IMG/VR virus record: IMGVR_UViG_3300044608_001438 | Coordinates: 1-59,751 of that record | Reading direction: 5' to 3' (one strand) | From: a virus | Lineage: Duplodnaviria > Caudoviricetes | DNA length: 59,751 bases | Shown: piece after piece, positions 1-7,715 of the stretch | Position numbering within the stretch: position 1 is the first letter of the stretch | Layout of the letters: every line of letters begins with the position of its first letter | Notes under the pieces: model-generated | Told to the model about the DNA's origin: nothing | Database searches by the model: none | The model's input: only the letters and a program-made list of their open reading frames with translations | Position numbers and translations under genes: made by a program

Positions 1-127
1 ACGAACAATCGAATCCACCGAAGTCCTACTTGCGGCTTTTTCTGACATGGATGCTTTTCCTTTACGGACTCGGTGATTCGTAGCGTTAAAAATTACAAAT
101 CACCCAACACGAACTAGCCGCACCTTG
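1..127. repeat. Exact direct repeat of 56439-56565 (left anchor of the two-allele module; likely assembly k-mer overlap)
   Basis: Identical base by base for 127 nt, first mismatch at 128/56566. Confidence 0.95.
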
Positions 128-387
128 CCGCCAGATGTCAAAAGATCGATCGAAAGCAACCCATGAACATCATCAAACGTGGCTGGGATGCATCTCTGCC
201 CCGATTCCGTCGTCAATTCCTTGCATCCTTCAACATGCCCGACCGTGCCATCAAGCCTTTTGTGATGAATCTCTTCGGTTGATTCATGCACCCTAACCCG
301 GATTCCCGTCTCTGCATGTTGAAAAATCATGTCTGCCTCCATCGCCATCAAAACCAAAAACCAAAAGGATCGGGCAGGGTTCGACAC
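100..387 (-). CDS. Hypothetical protein, allele A (homolog of 56538-56816); true start probably at the internal MEADMIFQ
   Basis: Clear similarity to the allele-B ORF (MEADMIFQH.ETG..VRVHE.TEEI...RLDGTVGHVEG.KELTTE.GQRC). Confidence 0.75.
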   Translation of the reverse strand: MSNPARSFWFLVLMAMEADMIFQHAETGIRVRVHESTEEIHHKRLDGTVGHVEGCKELTTESGQRCIPATFDDVHGLLSIDLLTSGGKVRLVRVG

Positions 388-510
388 CTGCTTGCGTTGC
401 CCGCCGGCCTCGCCATCTACTCGCGGGTGCTTGTCTCGTCAGGACAAATATGCGGACTCCCCGAGCGCCACCGCCATCACCCTGCGTGGTTCCCGCCACG
501 CCGCCGATCC
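367..510 (-). ncRNA. Expanded tRNA-like RNA (144 nt)
   Basis: 7-bp GGAUCGG/CCGAUCC acceptor-like stem, GCGUGG/CCACGC D-like arm, GGGUG/CACCC stem, embedded UUGUC-CUGACGA-GACAA hairpin, GCAGG-UGUCGAAC-CCUGC T-like arm. Confidence 0.6.
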
Positions 511-518
511 AGTCTCCG

Positions 519-869
519 TCAAATGTTCTTGCTGTGTTTCTCGTTCTCTCCATGCTTTCCAAAAGCCATCGGGTAGTAATGGAAAGAACCGTTGCCGTCG
601 TCCTCGATTGCTCCCATCACGCAATCGGCCCAGTAAACCTCTAGCTTTCCCTCAAGCCCAATGTCGTGATGGCCTGTGTTTTGAGGCCAACTGTGCAGGA
701 ACTCAAGCAGATCCGCGACGGCTTTGCACTCAACTTCGTTGTGCTGAAAACGAGCGTTAGCACACGCATCGTTGAATCGCTCCTCCCATCCGTCCTGCAA
801 CTTCTTGACGCAATCTAGGCACCACCCGGTATCGCTGTGGTCGCAGTTCTGCAAGTGTGGCATTGTCAT
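519..869 (-). CDS. Hypothetical protein (N-terminal Cys/His cluster)
   Basis: ORF track; internal ATG at 869; fits the minus-strand early operon. Confidence 0.6.
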   Translation of the reverse strand: MTMPHLQNCDHSDTGWCLDCVKKLQDGWEERFNDACANARFQHNEVECKAVADLLEFLHSWPQNTGHHDIGLEGKLEVYWADCVMGAIEDDGNGSFHYYPMAFGKHGENEKHSKNI

Positions 870-929
870 TGTTTGTGGCCCTCGCTCTTTTGATACCAAA
901 AACCGACTCCGAATCCGATCCAGTATCCG

Positions 930-1025
930 TCAATCGCCATACCTCTTTTCAAACAACACACCAAGAAGAAAGCCGACCCAATACGCCGTCACAACCAGTC
1001 CAGCTAAACTTGCGATGTCCAACAT
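930..1025 (-). CDS. Small membrane peptide (31 aa, MLDIASLAGLVVTAYWVGFLLGVLFEKRYGD)
   Basis: Translated by hand; TGATG coupling to the upstream gene; one hydrophobic helix. Confidence 0.55.
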   Translation of the reverse strand: MLDIASLAGLVVTAYWVGFLLGVLFEKRYGD

Positions 1026-1201
1026 CACTCACCCTCCACGGCTGGCGGCTGGGGCAACTTGTTGCAAGCAACAGGCTCTTTTAGTCGCTCTAAAAAATCA
1101 ATCAACGGCTGAAAACTGAGGCCATCCTGCATTTCTGCGATCCATTGATTCCATTCCGATTGGCCATCATCAAGGCCAACTGCTTCCCTCGTCGCGTCCA
1201 T
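1025..1201 (-). CDS. Hypothetical 58-aa protein MDATR...QPPAVEGE, allele A
   Basis: Translated by hand; TGATG overlaps at both ends; same termini as 57628-57888. Confidence 0.7.
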   Translation of the reverse strand: MDATREAVGLDDGQSEWNQWIAEMQDGLSFQPLIDFLERLKEPVACNKLPQPPAVEGE

Positions 1202-1584
1202 CACTCACCCCCTTCTGTTGCTGGCGGCTTGGGGATCGGCTCAACCAATTTGATTTTTGTGTACCCAATCCGATCCGCCCATTTCGTTTGCCCAACCATA
1301 ACGCATGACGAACTACCCCAAATCTCCGTCCCAATTAGCCCCGCCAATACGTTAGGGTCGACCGTTGGCGGATTTAAGATCGTCAGCACTCTTTGACCGG
1401 CAACGCATCCTGGCTCTCTAGGCTCTAGCTTGAGTCGCACCGCTGGATTGTCTTTTGTCGCACCGTGGCACGTAGGGCAGTCGTCCCACGAATTCGCCTG
1501 ATCCTTTCCAGTCATGTTGCACGTTCCGCAATGACTTGGAGCGACCACAGTCACGGCTGCGATTCTTGCGTCAATCGCCATCAC
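1201..1584 (-). CDS. Hypothetical protein with two CxxC motifs, ending PPATEGGE
   Basis: ORF track; coupled junctions at both ends. Confidence 0.7.
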   Translation of the reverse strand: MMAIDARIAAVTVVAPSHCGTCNMTGKDQANSWDDCPTCHGATKDNPAVRLKLEPREPGCVAGQRVLTILNPPTVDPNVLAGLIGTEIWGSSSCVMVGQTKWADRIGYTKIKLVEPIPKPPATEGGE

Positions 1585-1985
1585 TCACCCACCATCGAAA
1601 AGTTCGGTTTACAGTGTTGCCTCAGCCAGATCGCTTGGCGTTCCCTCGCCGCATCCCACGCCGCAGCCCGTGCCGCAGACCACGCAGCCCGCGCCGCATC
1701 CCGCGCCGCTGATCGCGCACAATCCCACGCCTCATCCCGTGCCGCAGACCACGCAGCCCGCGCCGCATCCCGCGCATCCCACGCCGCTGATCGCGCACAA
1801 CCCACGGAAAACAATCGCAGCGTTCGATCGTCCAGCACGCCCGGCCTAGTCGCCACCCAGACCAGCCACTCCGGGCGAGCAGTCGCCCACACGTCCGCCA
1901 TCGTCTTACAGTTCGCAACCGCCCAGTCGCGGTCATCGAGGCAAGCATGGTGCCGCTCGCAAAAGTCCTCAATCGAAATCATCAC
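1581..1985 (-). CDS. Phage protein with AAWDAARAA-type Ala/Arg repeats, allele A
   Basis: ORF track; homologous to split gene 58168-58636. Confidence 0.8.
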   Translation of the reverse strand: MMISIEDFCERHHACLDDRDWAVANCKTMADVWATARPEWLVWVATRPGVLDDRTLRLFSVGCARSAAWDARDAARAAWSAARDEAWDCARSAARDAARAAWSAARAAAWDAARERQAIWLRQHCKPNFSMVGE

Positions 1986-2071
1986 TCACCCCCCATCAAC
2001 TGAACCGCCAGAATCAGCACGAACACCGCAACGATGCCGACTAGATCGGCAAGGGATAGATCACTCGCCAT
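1982..2071 (-). CDS. Small membrane peptide (29 aa, MASDLSLADLVGIVAVFVLILAVQLMGGE)
   Basis: Translated by hand; conserved homolog at 58860-58949. Confidence 0.75.
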   Translation of the reverse strand: MASDLSLADLVGIVAVFVLILAVQLMGGE

Positions 2072-2888
2072 CTAAAATATCTTTCGTCATTCTTGCCACA
2101 ACCTCAGCCACCTGTGGAACGATCGCATTGCCTAAGCATCTAAGTCGGTCCACCCTTCTGGGAATCCCATAAGCCACTCGACCCATTGCGGGTTCAATTG
2201 CCCAATGGACTGCTCCTCTTGTACGACAAACCCTTTCAAGTTGCCTTTTTGGTGATCGTGCATAGCCGACCTGCTCCCCGCTGGCCCGCTCCCCTTGGAG
2301 TCGGATGCCCGCGGTGTCGGCCACATCTTCACCGCACCAGGCAAACCATTTCGCAGGTTCGTCGGGTCTATCTCGCCCCGCTTCTCTGCGTCGTTCGCCC
2401 GAGGAGTGGGCCACGATCCATACCCTGTCCCGCCTGTGAGGGGCACCAACGGAGGAAGCTGGAATACAATGCCATTCCGCATCGTACCCGACCTCGGCCA
2501 GCGTCCCGAGAACTCTATCCAGCCCCCTGTTAAGCAACGCTGCCACGTTCTCCAACACAACCGCTCTGGGTCGCAATTCTCGAACCAAGCGAACGGCCTC
2601 GAAAAACAATCCGCTCCGCTCTCCATCCAATCCTGCCCCTCGTCCGGCGAAGGAAATATCTTGGCACGGAAAGCCTCCGATGATGCAATCGACTCGCTCA
2701 AGGTTGCTTGCATTGCACTCTCGGATGTCTCTTTGACGGTGGACTTTTGGCCAATGCTTTTCGAGGATCTTCGTTGCATAATCATCGATCTCCACTTGCC
2801 AACGGCAAACAAAACCAGCGCGTTCAAAACCGAGATCAAACCCACCGATGCCAGCAAATAGACTGCCAAAGGATAGATCACTCGCCAT
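2061..2888 (-). CDS. DNA (cytosine-5) methyltransferase, alpha-type polypeptide
   Basis: Motif I SLFAGIGG, motif IV GGFPCQD, motif VI ENV, motif VIII HRRDRVW, motif X LGNAIVPQVA. Confidence 0.95.
   Translation of the reverse strand: MASDLSFGSLFAGIGGFDLGFERAGFVCRWQVEIDDYATKILEKHWPKVHRQRDIRECNASNLERVDCIIGGFPCQDISFAGRGAGLDGERSGLFFEAVRLVRELRPRAVVLENVAALLNRGLDRVLGTLAEVGYDAEWHCIPASSVGAPHRRDRVWIVAHSSGERRREAGRDRPDEPAKWFAWCGEDVADTAGIRLQGERASGEQVGYARSPKRQLERVCRTRGAVHWAIEPAMGRVAYGIPRRVDRLRCLGNAIVPQVAEVVARMTKDILDGE
2132..2713 (-). CDS. Overlapping-frame C5-MTase beta-type polypeptide (TRD plus motif IX); start uncertain
   Basis: WPRSGTMRNG, WPTPRA repeats and LNPQWVEWLMGFPEGWT (motif IX-like), all absent from the alpha frame. 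Confidence 0.75.
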   Translation of the reverse strand: MQATLSESIASSEAFRAKIFPSPDEGQDWMESGADCFSRPFAWFENCDPERLCWRTWQRCLTGGWIEFSGRWPRSGTMRNGIVFQLPPLVPLTGGTGYGSWPTPRANDAEKRGEIDPTNLRNGLPGAVKMWPTPRASDSKGSGPAGSRSAMHDHQKGNLKGFVVQEEQSIGQLNPQWVEWLMGFPEGWTDLDA

Positions 2889-2904
2889 CGTCGCGTCTCC
2901 TGTT

Positions 2905-3070
2905 CCTCGTTCGTTCGAGTTCCTTTGTCGCGGTCACCTTGCCGCGTCATGCCCTAATTATATACCCTACATCGGCCAGGACAACCCCAGCCGTTCAGTT
3001 TTTCGGAAAAATTCCGGAAAAATTCCGGCCCAGTTTTCCCTGGGTTTCCAAAGGTCTCACGCGAGACCTT
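2905..3070 (-). promoter_or_regulatory. Early promoter cassette copy 1 (allele A)
   Basis: TTGTCC(2984-2979)-16 nt-TATAAT(2962-2957), upstream TTTTTCCGGAATTTTTCCGAAAAA tract and palindrome, downstream GACGCGGCAA...AACTCGAACGAACGAGG leader. Confidence 0.85.
3051..3070. repeat. 20-bp palindrome site (overlaps terL stop)
   Basis: AAGGTCTCACGCGAGACCTT. Confidence 0.95.
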
Positions 3071-4478
3071 GCCACGGATCGCTCCATTCCGGCCCCTGGT
3101 CGGCCACCGCTCCAGCCGCCTCGGTCAGCACCCGGATCGCCATCTCCAGCGCGTCCGGCCCGTCGTCGTGCTTGCCCCCCGGGAACTCGCGGAGTTGACG
3201 CACCAGCAGCTCGTTCGACGCGGTCCTCCGGAAGACGATCTCCCGTCGCTCCAGCCACGTCCCCAGCCGCTCGATCCGTAGCACCTTGTTCGTGCTGTTC
3301 TGCAGTAGGATCGGATCCGGTGCGATGTACCCGATCGCCTCAGTCGCATCGCACCAGTCACGCGCCAGCAGCTCCTGGAATGCGTTCCCCTCGATCGCCA
3401 CGAGTGCGGGCAGACGGTCCGCGCAGAACCGCGCAACGGTTCGCATCATCGCAGGCACCGGCTCGCGATCGATCTTCGAATCCACCCACAGCTTGCCCCC
3501 GGAGTATCCCACAAAAACACACCCGTAATAGTCGCCCCTCTTGGCGTCGCGTCCCTTTGATGGATCGAGAGCCACGGACGATAGATGGAACCGTTCCGGC
3601 CAATCATCCGTCCAGATGTTCGCGAAGTAGTGCGCCGGAAACTCCGCCGCCTCGCTGTCGCCTGGTCGCCCCTGGTACAGACTATTCCACCATCGCGCCG
3701 GTAGCGTCCGCTTGAGCTTGGCGAGCTTCTCGAACGGCCATCGCTCCGGCCACAATGCCTCCCCGATATCTCGCTGCAGTGGATCGATCTTCTGGTCTTC
3801 GCAGAGACCCTGGAGCGTCACGCATCGGATGGAGAAGCCCAGGTCGGCACGGCGCGCGAGCAGTCGCCCGATCAGGTCGTCCTCGTGCCACTGCGTCGAA
3901 AGAATCACGACCTTGCCAGTCGGACTCAACCGCGTCGATACTGTCGAGGTGAACCAGTTCCAGACGTCGTCCCGGTCCCGTTCGCTCGACGCTTGCTTCG
4001 GTCCTCGAACGTAGTCGTCGATCAAGAACAGGTCGGCACCGTACCCGACGATCGACCCACCAACACCCGCCGCAATCATCCCGCCAGCCTTGCCGTCGAT
4101 GTTCCAGTTGTTCGCTGAGGAGTGCGCCGCGTCGACCCCCTTGAGACCAACGAGGGGCCCGAGCTCGTGGACCTTGTCGCGGACCCATCTGGAATGATCC
4201 CTAGCAAGTCCCGCCGTGTGAGTCGCTCCGATCACTCGCTTGTGCGGGTTCCGCAGCAGGAACCACGCTGGAGCCCACTTGCCAAGGAACTCCGATTTCC
4301 CGTGCCTCGGAGGAGCCTTGACGATCAAAACTTCGCGATCGCTTTTCAGATGCGCTCGGAACTCATGGTCGATCACGTCCAAATGGCGCGCTCGCTGCCA
4401 GTCGCCCATCGAGTAGGTGACCGCAAGGTTCGCCGGACTCAGTAGCGCCAGCGCTCGCTGGTCATTCGGCGTAGTCAT
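3057..4478 (-). CDS. terL: Terminase large subunit
   Basis: Walker A APPRHGKS, Walker B FLIDD, nuclease ALDPS and HDDGPDA. Confidence 0.95.
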   Translation of the reverse strand: MTTPNDQRALALLSPANLAVTYSMGDWQRARHLDVIDHEFRAHLKSDREVLIVKAPPRHGKSEFLGKWAPAWFLLRNPHKRVIGATHTAGLARDHSRWVRDKVHELGPLVGLKGVDAAHSSANNWNIDGKAGGMIAAGVGGSIVGYGADLFLIDDYVRGPKQASSERDRDDVWNWFTSTVSTRLSPTGKVVILSTQWHEDDLIGRLLARRADLGFSIRCVTLQGLCEDQKIDPLQRDIGEALWPERWPFEKLAKLKRTLPARWWNSLYQGRPGDSEAAEFPAHYFANIWTDDWPERFHLSSVALDPSKGRDAKRGDYYGCVFVGYSGGKLWVDSKIDREPVPAMMRTVARFCADRLPALVAIEGNAFQELLARDWCDATEAIGYIAPDPILLQNSTNKVLRIERLGTWLERREIVFRRTASNELLVRQLREFPGGKHDDGPDALEMAIRVLTEAAGAVADQGPEWSDPWQGLA

Positions 4479-4956
4479 CCGGCGCCCCCGGATCAGGCCT
4501 GAACTCTCGCGCGTCGAGCAATCGATCCAATCGCGGATCCGCCTCGACCGTCTTGAGGAAGTCGTTGACATTGACGGCGTAGGTGTTCTGCTGGATGTTC
4601 ACGGTCACTTGGTCCGGCAATTGTGCTACGTTGTTGGCGTGGTCCATCGCTACCAGGATCTTCTGAGCCGCAAGCCGGTACCGGATGTCCTTCGTCGGAT
4701 CCAATGCGATCATCCCTGCATCGTAGACCATCCGCTCACGGAGACCCTTGGGGACCGGCCAGCGCTGATTGACCGCGCGAAGTTCTAGCCGCTGATCCTT
4801 GATCCTTGCGAGCTTCGCCAGCATCGCTGGATTACCTGCATCCGCTGCGGCTTTCGACTTGGCCACCACGTCCGGCGCGAACTCCGGCCACCATGGGGAA
4901 GGCTCCATTCCCTCTTCGATCTTTGGTAGTGGCTGTTTCTTCTTGCGTGGCATCAT
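4462..4956 (-). CDS. terS: Putative terminase small subunit
   Basis: Directly upstream of and overlapping terL; size and helical character fit. Confidence 0.6.
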   Translation of the reverse strand: MMPRKKKQPLPKIEEGMEPSPWWPEFAPDVVAKSKAAADAGNPAMLAKLARIKDQRLELRAVNQRWPVPKGLRERMVYDAGMIALDPTKDIRYRLAAQKILVAMDHANNVAQLPDQVTVNIQQNTYAVNVNDFLKTVEADPRLDRLLDAREFRPDPGAPDDYAE

Positions 4957-5190
4957 TAAAGCGTCCGGGTCGGATTCGCACCGCCTTCTTCCGGCTGGAT
5001 GCCGGACGTGTCACTATCAACACTTCGAACGCGCTTTGGGTATGGCTTGCGTAGTGGCTCGATCTTGCGACGCATTTCATCATCGAGTGGCATGAGGTAT
5101 CGATGCTTGCCGACTACTGACACTTTCTCCGCACCAACTGGTACGGCCTTTCGCGCACCAGTCCATCCTCAGTTTAGGGCGTGAACTCAT
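4957..5190 (-). pseudogene. Internally deleted Mom-like adenine-modification gene
   Basis: N-terminal MSSRPKLRMDWC joined out of frame to ...GKHRYLMPLDDEMRRKIEPLRKPYPKR..., which resembles the C-terminus of Mom-like proteins. Confidence 0.55.
4960..5032 (-). tRNA. Atypical tRNA-Gly(TCC)-like element
   Basis: GCGTTCG/CGGACGC acceptor, GTGT/ACAC D stem, TCCGG-CATCCAG-CCGGA anticodon arm (A33), bulged GGCGG-TGCGAAT-CCGACC T arm. Confidence 0.6.
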
Positions 5191-5698
5191 GGCCACACTC
5201 CGGACAGGAGATTTTCGACTTTTCATCCAGCCGACTTTGATCGTCCTCCGTCGCTGGCTGGAAATCAGGCGACACGATCCCCAAATCCTGAGCCCATTCG
5301 GTCAGCATGTCGGCAATCGCCTGCTCCCCGGTATGGACATCCCGCATCAGCGTTTCGAATGCGTCATCGTCGACGGTCGCCAACTCGCTGGACTTGTCCA
5401 GGATCAGCAAAGCTAGCTTCTCTTGCGCCTCGGATAGTTCGACGTACTCAACGTCGACCAAGGTTTCCTCTCCGTGCTGCAGGGCTTGCATGATCCGTTC
5501 GTGGCCATCTACCACGTAGCCGGTAGTCTTGTTGACTAGCACGGACTTCAAGAACCCCAATTCCCGGATCGAACCTTCCACCACGTCGCGCTGCTGCTGC
5601 GGATGCCTGCGGTGGTTGAACGGATTCGCCAGCAGTTGTCCGGCAGGCACCCGATCATGGCCGACGATCTTCGATTTCCATTCCCACTTTTTCGCCAT
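5174..5698 (-). CDS. ParB/sulfiredoxin-like N-terminal domain protein with C-terminal CPxCG zinc ribbon
   Basis: LLANPFNHRRH, VVDGHERI, SCPECGHEF. Confidence 0.85.
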   Translation of the reverse strand: MAKKWEWKSKIVGHDRVPAGQLLANPFNHRRHPQQQRDVVEGSIRELGFLKSVLVNKTTGYVVDGHERIMQALQHGEETLVDVEYVELSEAQEKLALLILDKSSELATVDDDAFETLMRDVHTGEQAIADMLTEWAQDLGIVSPDFQPATEDDQSRLDEKSKISCPECGHEFTP

Positions 5699-5704
5699 AG
5701 CTCA

Positions 5705-5724
5705 AAGGTCTCTCGCGTGACCTT
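5705..5724. repeat. 20-bp palindrome site (abuts stop of 5724-5921)
   Basis: AAGGTCTCTCGCGTGACCTT. Confidence 0.95.
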
Positions 5725-5921
5725 CACTCCTCATCGTACATCTCATCGGCAACGATTGCCGAAACGATCCACCACAGGACCACCCAGACGGCCGCGAACA
5801 GCGCCGCACCGATCCGGGTTGTCCACGTTCCATCATAGGTCGCCGCGATCGCCAATGGAATCACCGCCAGCAACGCCGTCGAACAAAACGACTTCCACTG
5901 ACACTCAACCCAACGCATCAT
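5724..5921 (-). CDS. Small membrane protein
   Basis: Two hydrophobic segments. Confidence 0.55.
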   Translation of the reverse strand: MMRWVECQWKSFCSTALLAVIPLAIAATYDGTWTTRIGAALFAAVWVVLWWIVSAIVADEMYDEE

Positions 5922-6123
5922 GCCTCCGGCTGTTTCGCTTTGGTCGCTCGGACTTTCGCGACCGGATCCGCTCCCGATCGACCATCTCGGCCATTCGATA
6001 GTCTAGCGCGTCATCCGAATGAAACACGCTGTACCCGCTCCGTGCCCGCTGGCGCATTACCTCGATCTTACCGGCGCTCCCCGGCAAGTGCTCGGTCGCT
6101 GGTAACAAATCGCCGTACCTCAT
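5905..6123 (-). CDS. Hypothetical protein (PGSxxKIxVM family; paralog at 41207-41485)
   Basis: ATEHLPGSAGKIEVMRQRARSGYSVFHSDD matches HPTHARPGSHEKIRVMAWRFENGIQLFHERD. Confidence 0.7.
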   Translation of the reverse strand: MRYGDLLPATEHLPGSAGKIEVMRQRARSGYSVFHSDDALDYRMAEMVDRERIRSRKSERPKRNSRRHDALG

Positions 6124-6587
6124 AGCCACCTCAACCAAAGATCCGCCTGTCGTCCGTCCTGCGAAATCATCGGGTTAGGGCTCCGCTCCATGCCCCAATG
6201 CTCGCAGATTTTAGCCGCATCCGAGTACCTGAAACAAGGGACCGTCACATGAGAAAGCCGATTGAGCTTCCCCAAATGCTCGGCCCAGGCCATTAGCATC
6301 GTCCCGACTCCCAGGCCCCGGAACGCCGGATCTACCACCATCGCCGACACCCAAACCCGCGAGCGGTCATAGACCACGCTGGCGCACCCCAGGATCTCAC
6401 CATCGAGTTCGGCCACCCAGTGCACCCGCTGCGACCCAGGACAGCCCGCGTAACGTCGCGAGTCGTCCTCATGCGGTTGATCCTCCGGGTAGCCTTCGAT
6501 GAGCGCCGTTGCCCGTGCAAAGTCCTCCGGAGTCGACGCCTCCCGGATCACGAGGTCGTCCGCTATCCGATCATCCAGAGTACCCAT
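6120..6587 (-). CDS. GNAT family acetyltransferase
   Basis: WVAELDGEILG and VVDPAFRGLGVGTMLM (motif A). Confidence 0.9.
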   Translation of the reverse strand: MGTLDDRIADDLVIREASTPEDFARATALIEGYPEDQPHEDDSRRYAGCPGSQRVHWVAELDGEILGCASVVYDRSRVWVSAMVVDPAFRGLGVGTMLMAWAEHLGKLNRLSHVTVPCFRYSDAAKICEHWGMERSPNPMISQDGRQADLWLRWL

Positions 6588-6656
6588 CGCGAAATCCCCC
6601 ATGCCACACCGACCAACGTAGCACACGCGAGCAGGCACAACACCCGCCCATCTTCC

Positions 6657-6950
6657 TCAGGCTCTTTGTACTGCTGCATCGAATCGCTCCCAAATGATAG
6701 TAATTGAACCTTCCGGCAAGTCAGCATGAGCCGTGACCATCGCTAGGCAAATCCGCCCAGATTGCGTCAGGGTAAATCCGCCGTACTTCGCCGGACTCAA
6801 AAACACCCGGCGACGATTGAACCGCATCGCCAACTTGACGCCTCGCGCCGCCTGCGGAACCTCATCCGCCGGAATCCTCAGATGCCACACCCGGAACTTC
6901 TTCCCCTGCCGGATCTTTGTCACCATGCTTGCCGTCGCTTCCCGAATCAT
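6657..6950 (-). CDS. Hypothetical protein
   Basis: ORF track; operon context. Confidence 0.5.
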   Translation of the reverse strand: MIREATASMVTKIRQGKKFRVWHLRIPADEVPQAARGVKLAMRFNRRRVFLSPAKYGGFTLTQSGRICLAMVTAHADLPEGSITIIWERFDAAVQRA

Positions 6951-7341
6951 TCGATCTCCTCACTATGACAAAACACTCGACCAGCCCCGGGAGGCTACGC
7001 GCCTGCCGGGTTCCCTGGTCCAAACACTCCTCGCCAGCCTTCGGTCGTCGCCACTCCAACGACTCGCCCGGCTGCAGCAATCCATCCGGCACCACCGCCT
7101 CGACGATGGCATGCTCCACACGTCCGCGCCGATAGATCAACTCATCCCAACCAAGGATTATCACCCCGCCGGAGACCTGGAGCGATATCCGAACGGCAAG
7201 GTTCGCGTGAGCCGGTCGCGGCTTGCCAGTCGGTAGCCGGAGCGTAATCCGGCTCACACGAGTCCAGACCAGCGAGCTAGCGCCGACTGACACCAGATCG
7301 CCAACGCGGATCCGACTGGCTGGCACATGCTCCATGATCAT
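6862..7341 (-). CDS. Hypothetical protein
   Basis: ATGA overlap with the upstream gene at 7338-7341. Confidence 0.5.
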   Translation of the reverse strand: MIMEHVPASRIRVGDLVSVGASSLVWTRVSRITLRLPTGKPRPAHANLAVRISLQVSGGVIILGWDELIYRRGRVEHAIVEAVVPDGLLQPGESLEWRRPKAGEECLDQGTRQARSLPGLVECFVIVRRSNDSGSDGKHGDKDPAGEEVPGVASEDSGG

Positions 7342-7715
7342 GGCTCCACCCCGCACTGCGTCACGATCGCGTACGGGCGATCCTCGCCAATCCTGAATGC
7401 CGCGATGTCGCCACCCTTCGACTTCAGAACGCACGGATCGTCGAACGGAGTCAGCAGGTCGACCACGATCTTCCAATCGCGGATCTTCTCCTTGAGCGGA
7501 AGCGATCCGTGGGTCGGATGATCGATCGTCTTTTCCAACCACGTGACCACGTAAGGCCCGCCCTCACGATCGCGGATCGATGATCCATCGTGGAACACCT
7601 TGACAAACTCTGAGCCTCCGTCCGGATAATTGATGCAGCACCAATGGGTGCCGTAGGTCTGCGCCCGCTCTACCGCGCTCAACAGGCTCGAATACTGCTT
7701 AATCTTTGCCATCAC
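7338..7715 (-). CDS. Hypothetical protein
   Basis: ORF track; coupled junctions. Confidence 0.65.
   Translation of the reverse strand: MMAKIKQYSSLLSAVERAQTYGTHWCCINYPDGGSEFVKVFHDGSSIRDREGGPYVVTWLEKTIDHPTHGSLPLKEKIRDWKIVVDLLTPFDDPCVLKSKGGDIAAFRIGEDRPYAIVTQCGVEP

Noticed and set aside
100-387. Diversity-generating retroelement TR/VR pair with 56538-56816
   Set aside because: No reverse transcriptase is present and the differences are not adenine-specific; these are allelic copies.
1-3158. Conventional direct terminal repeats
   Set aside because: Only 127 and 108 nt are identical and the interiors differ in gene content. An assembly bubble is the simpler explanation, though not proven without reads.
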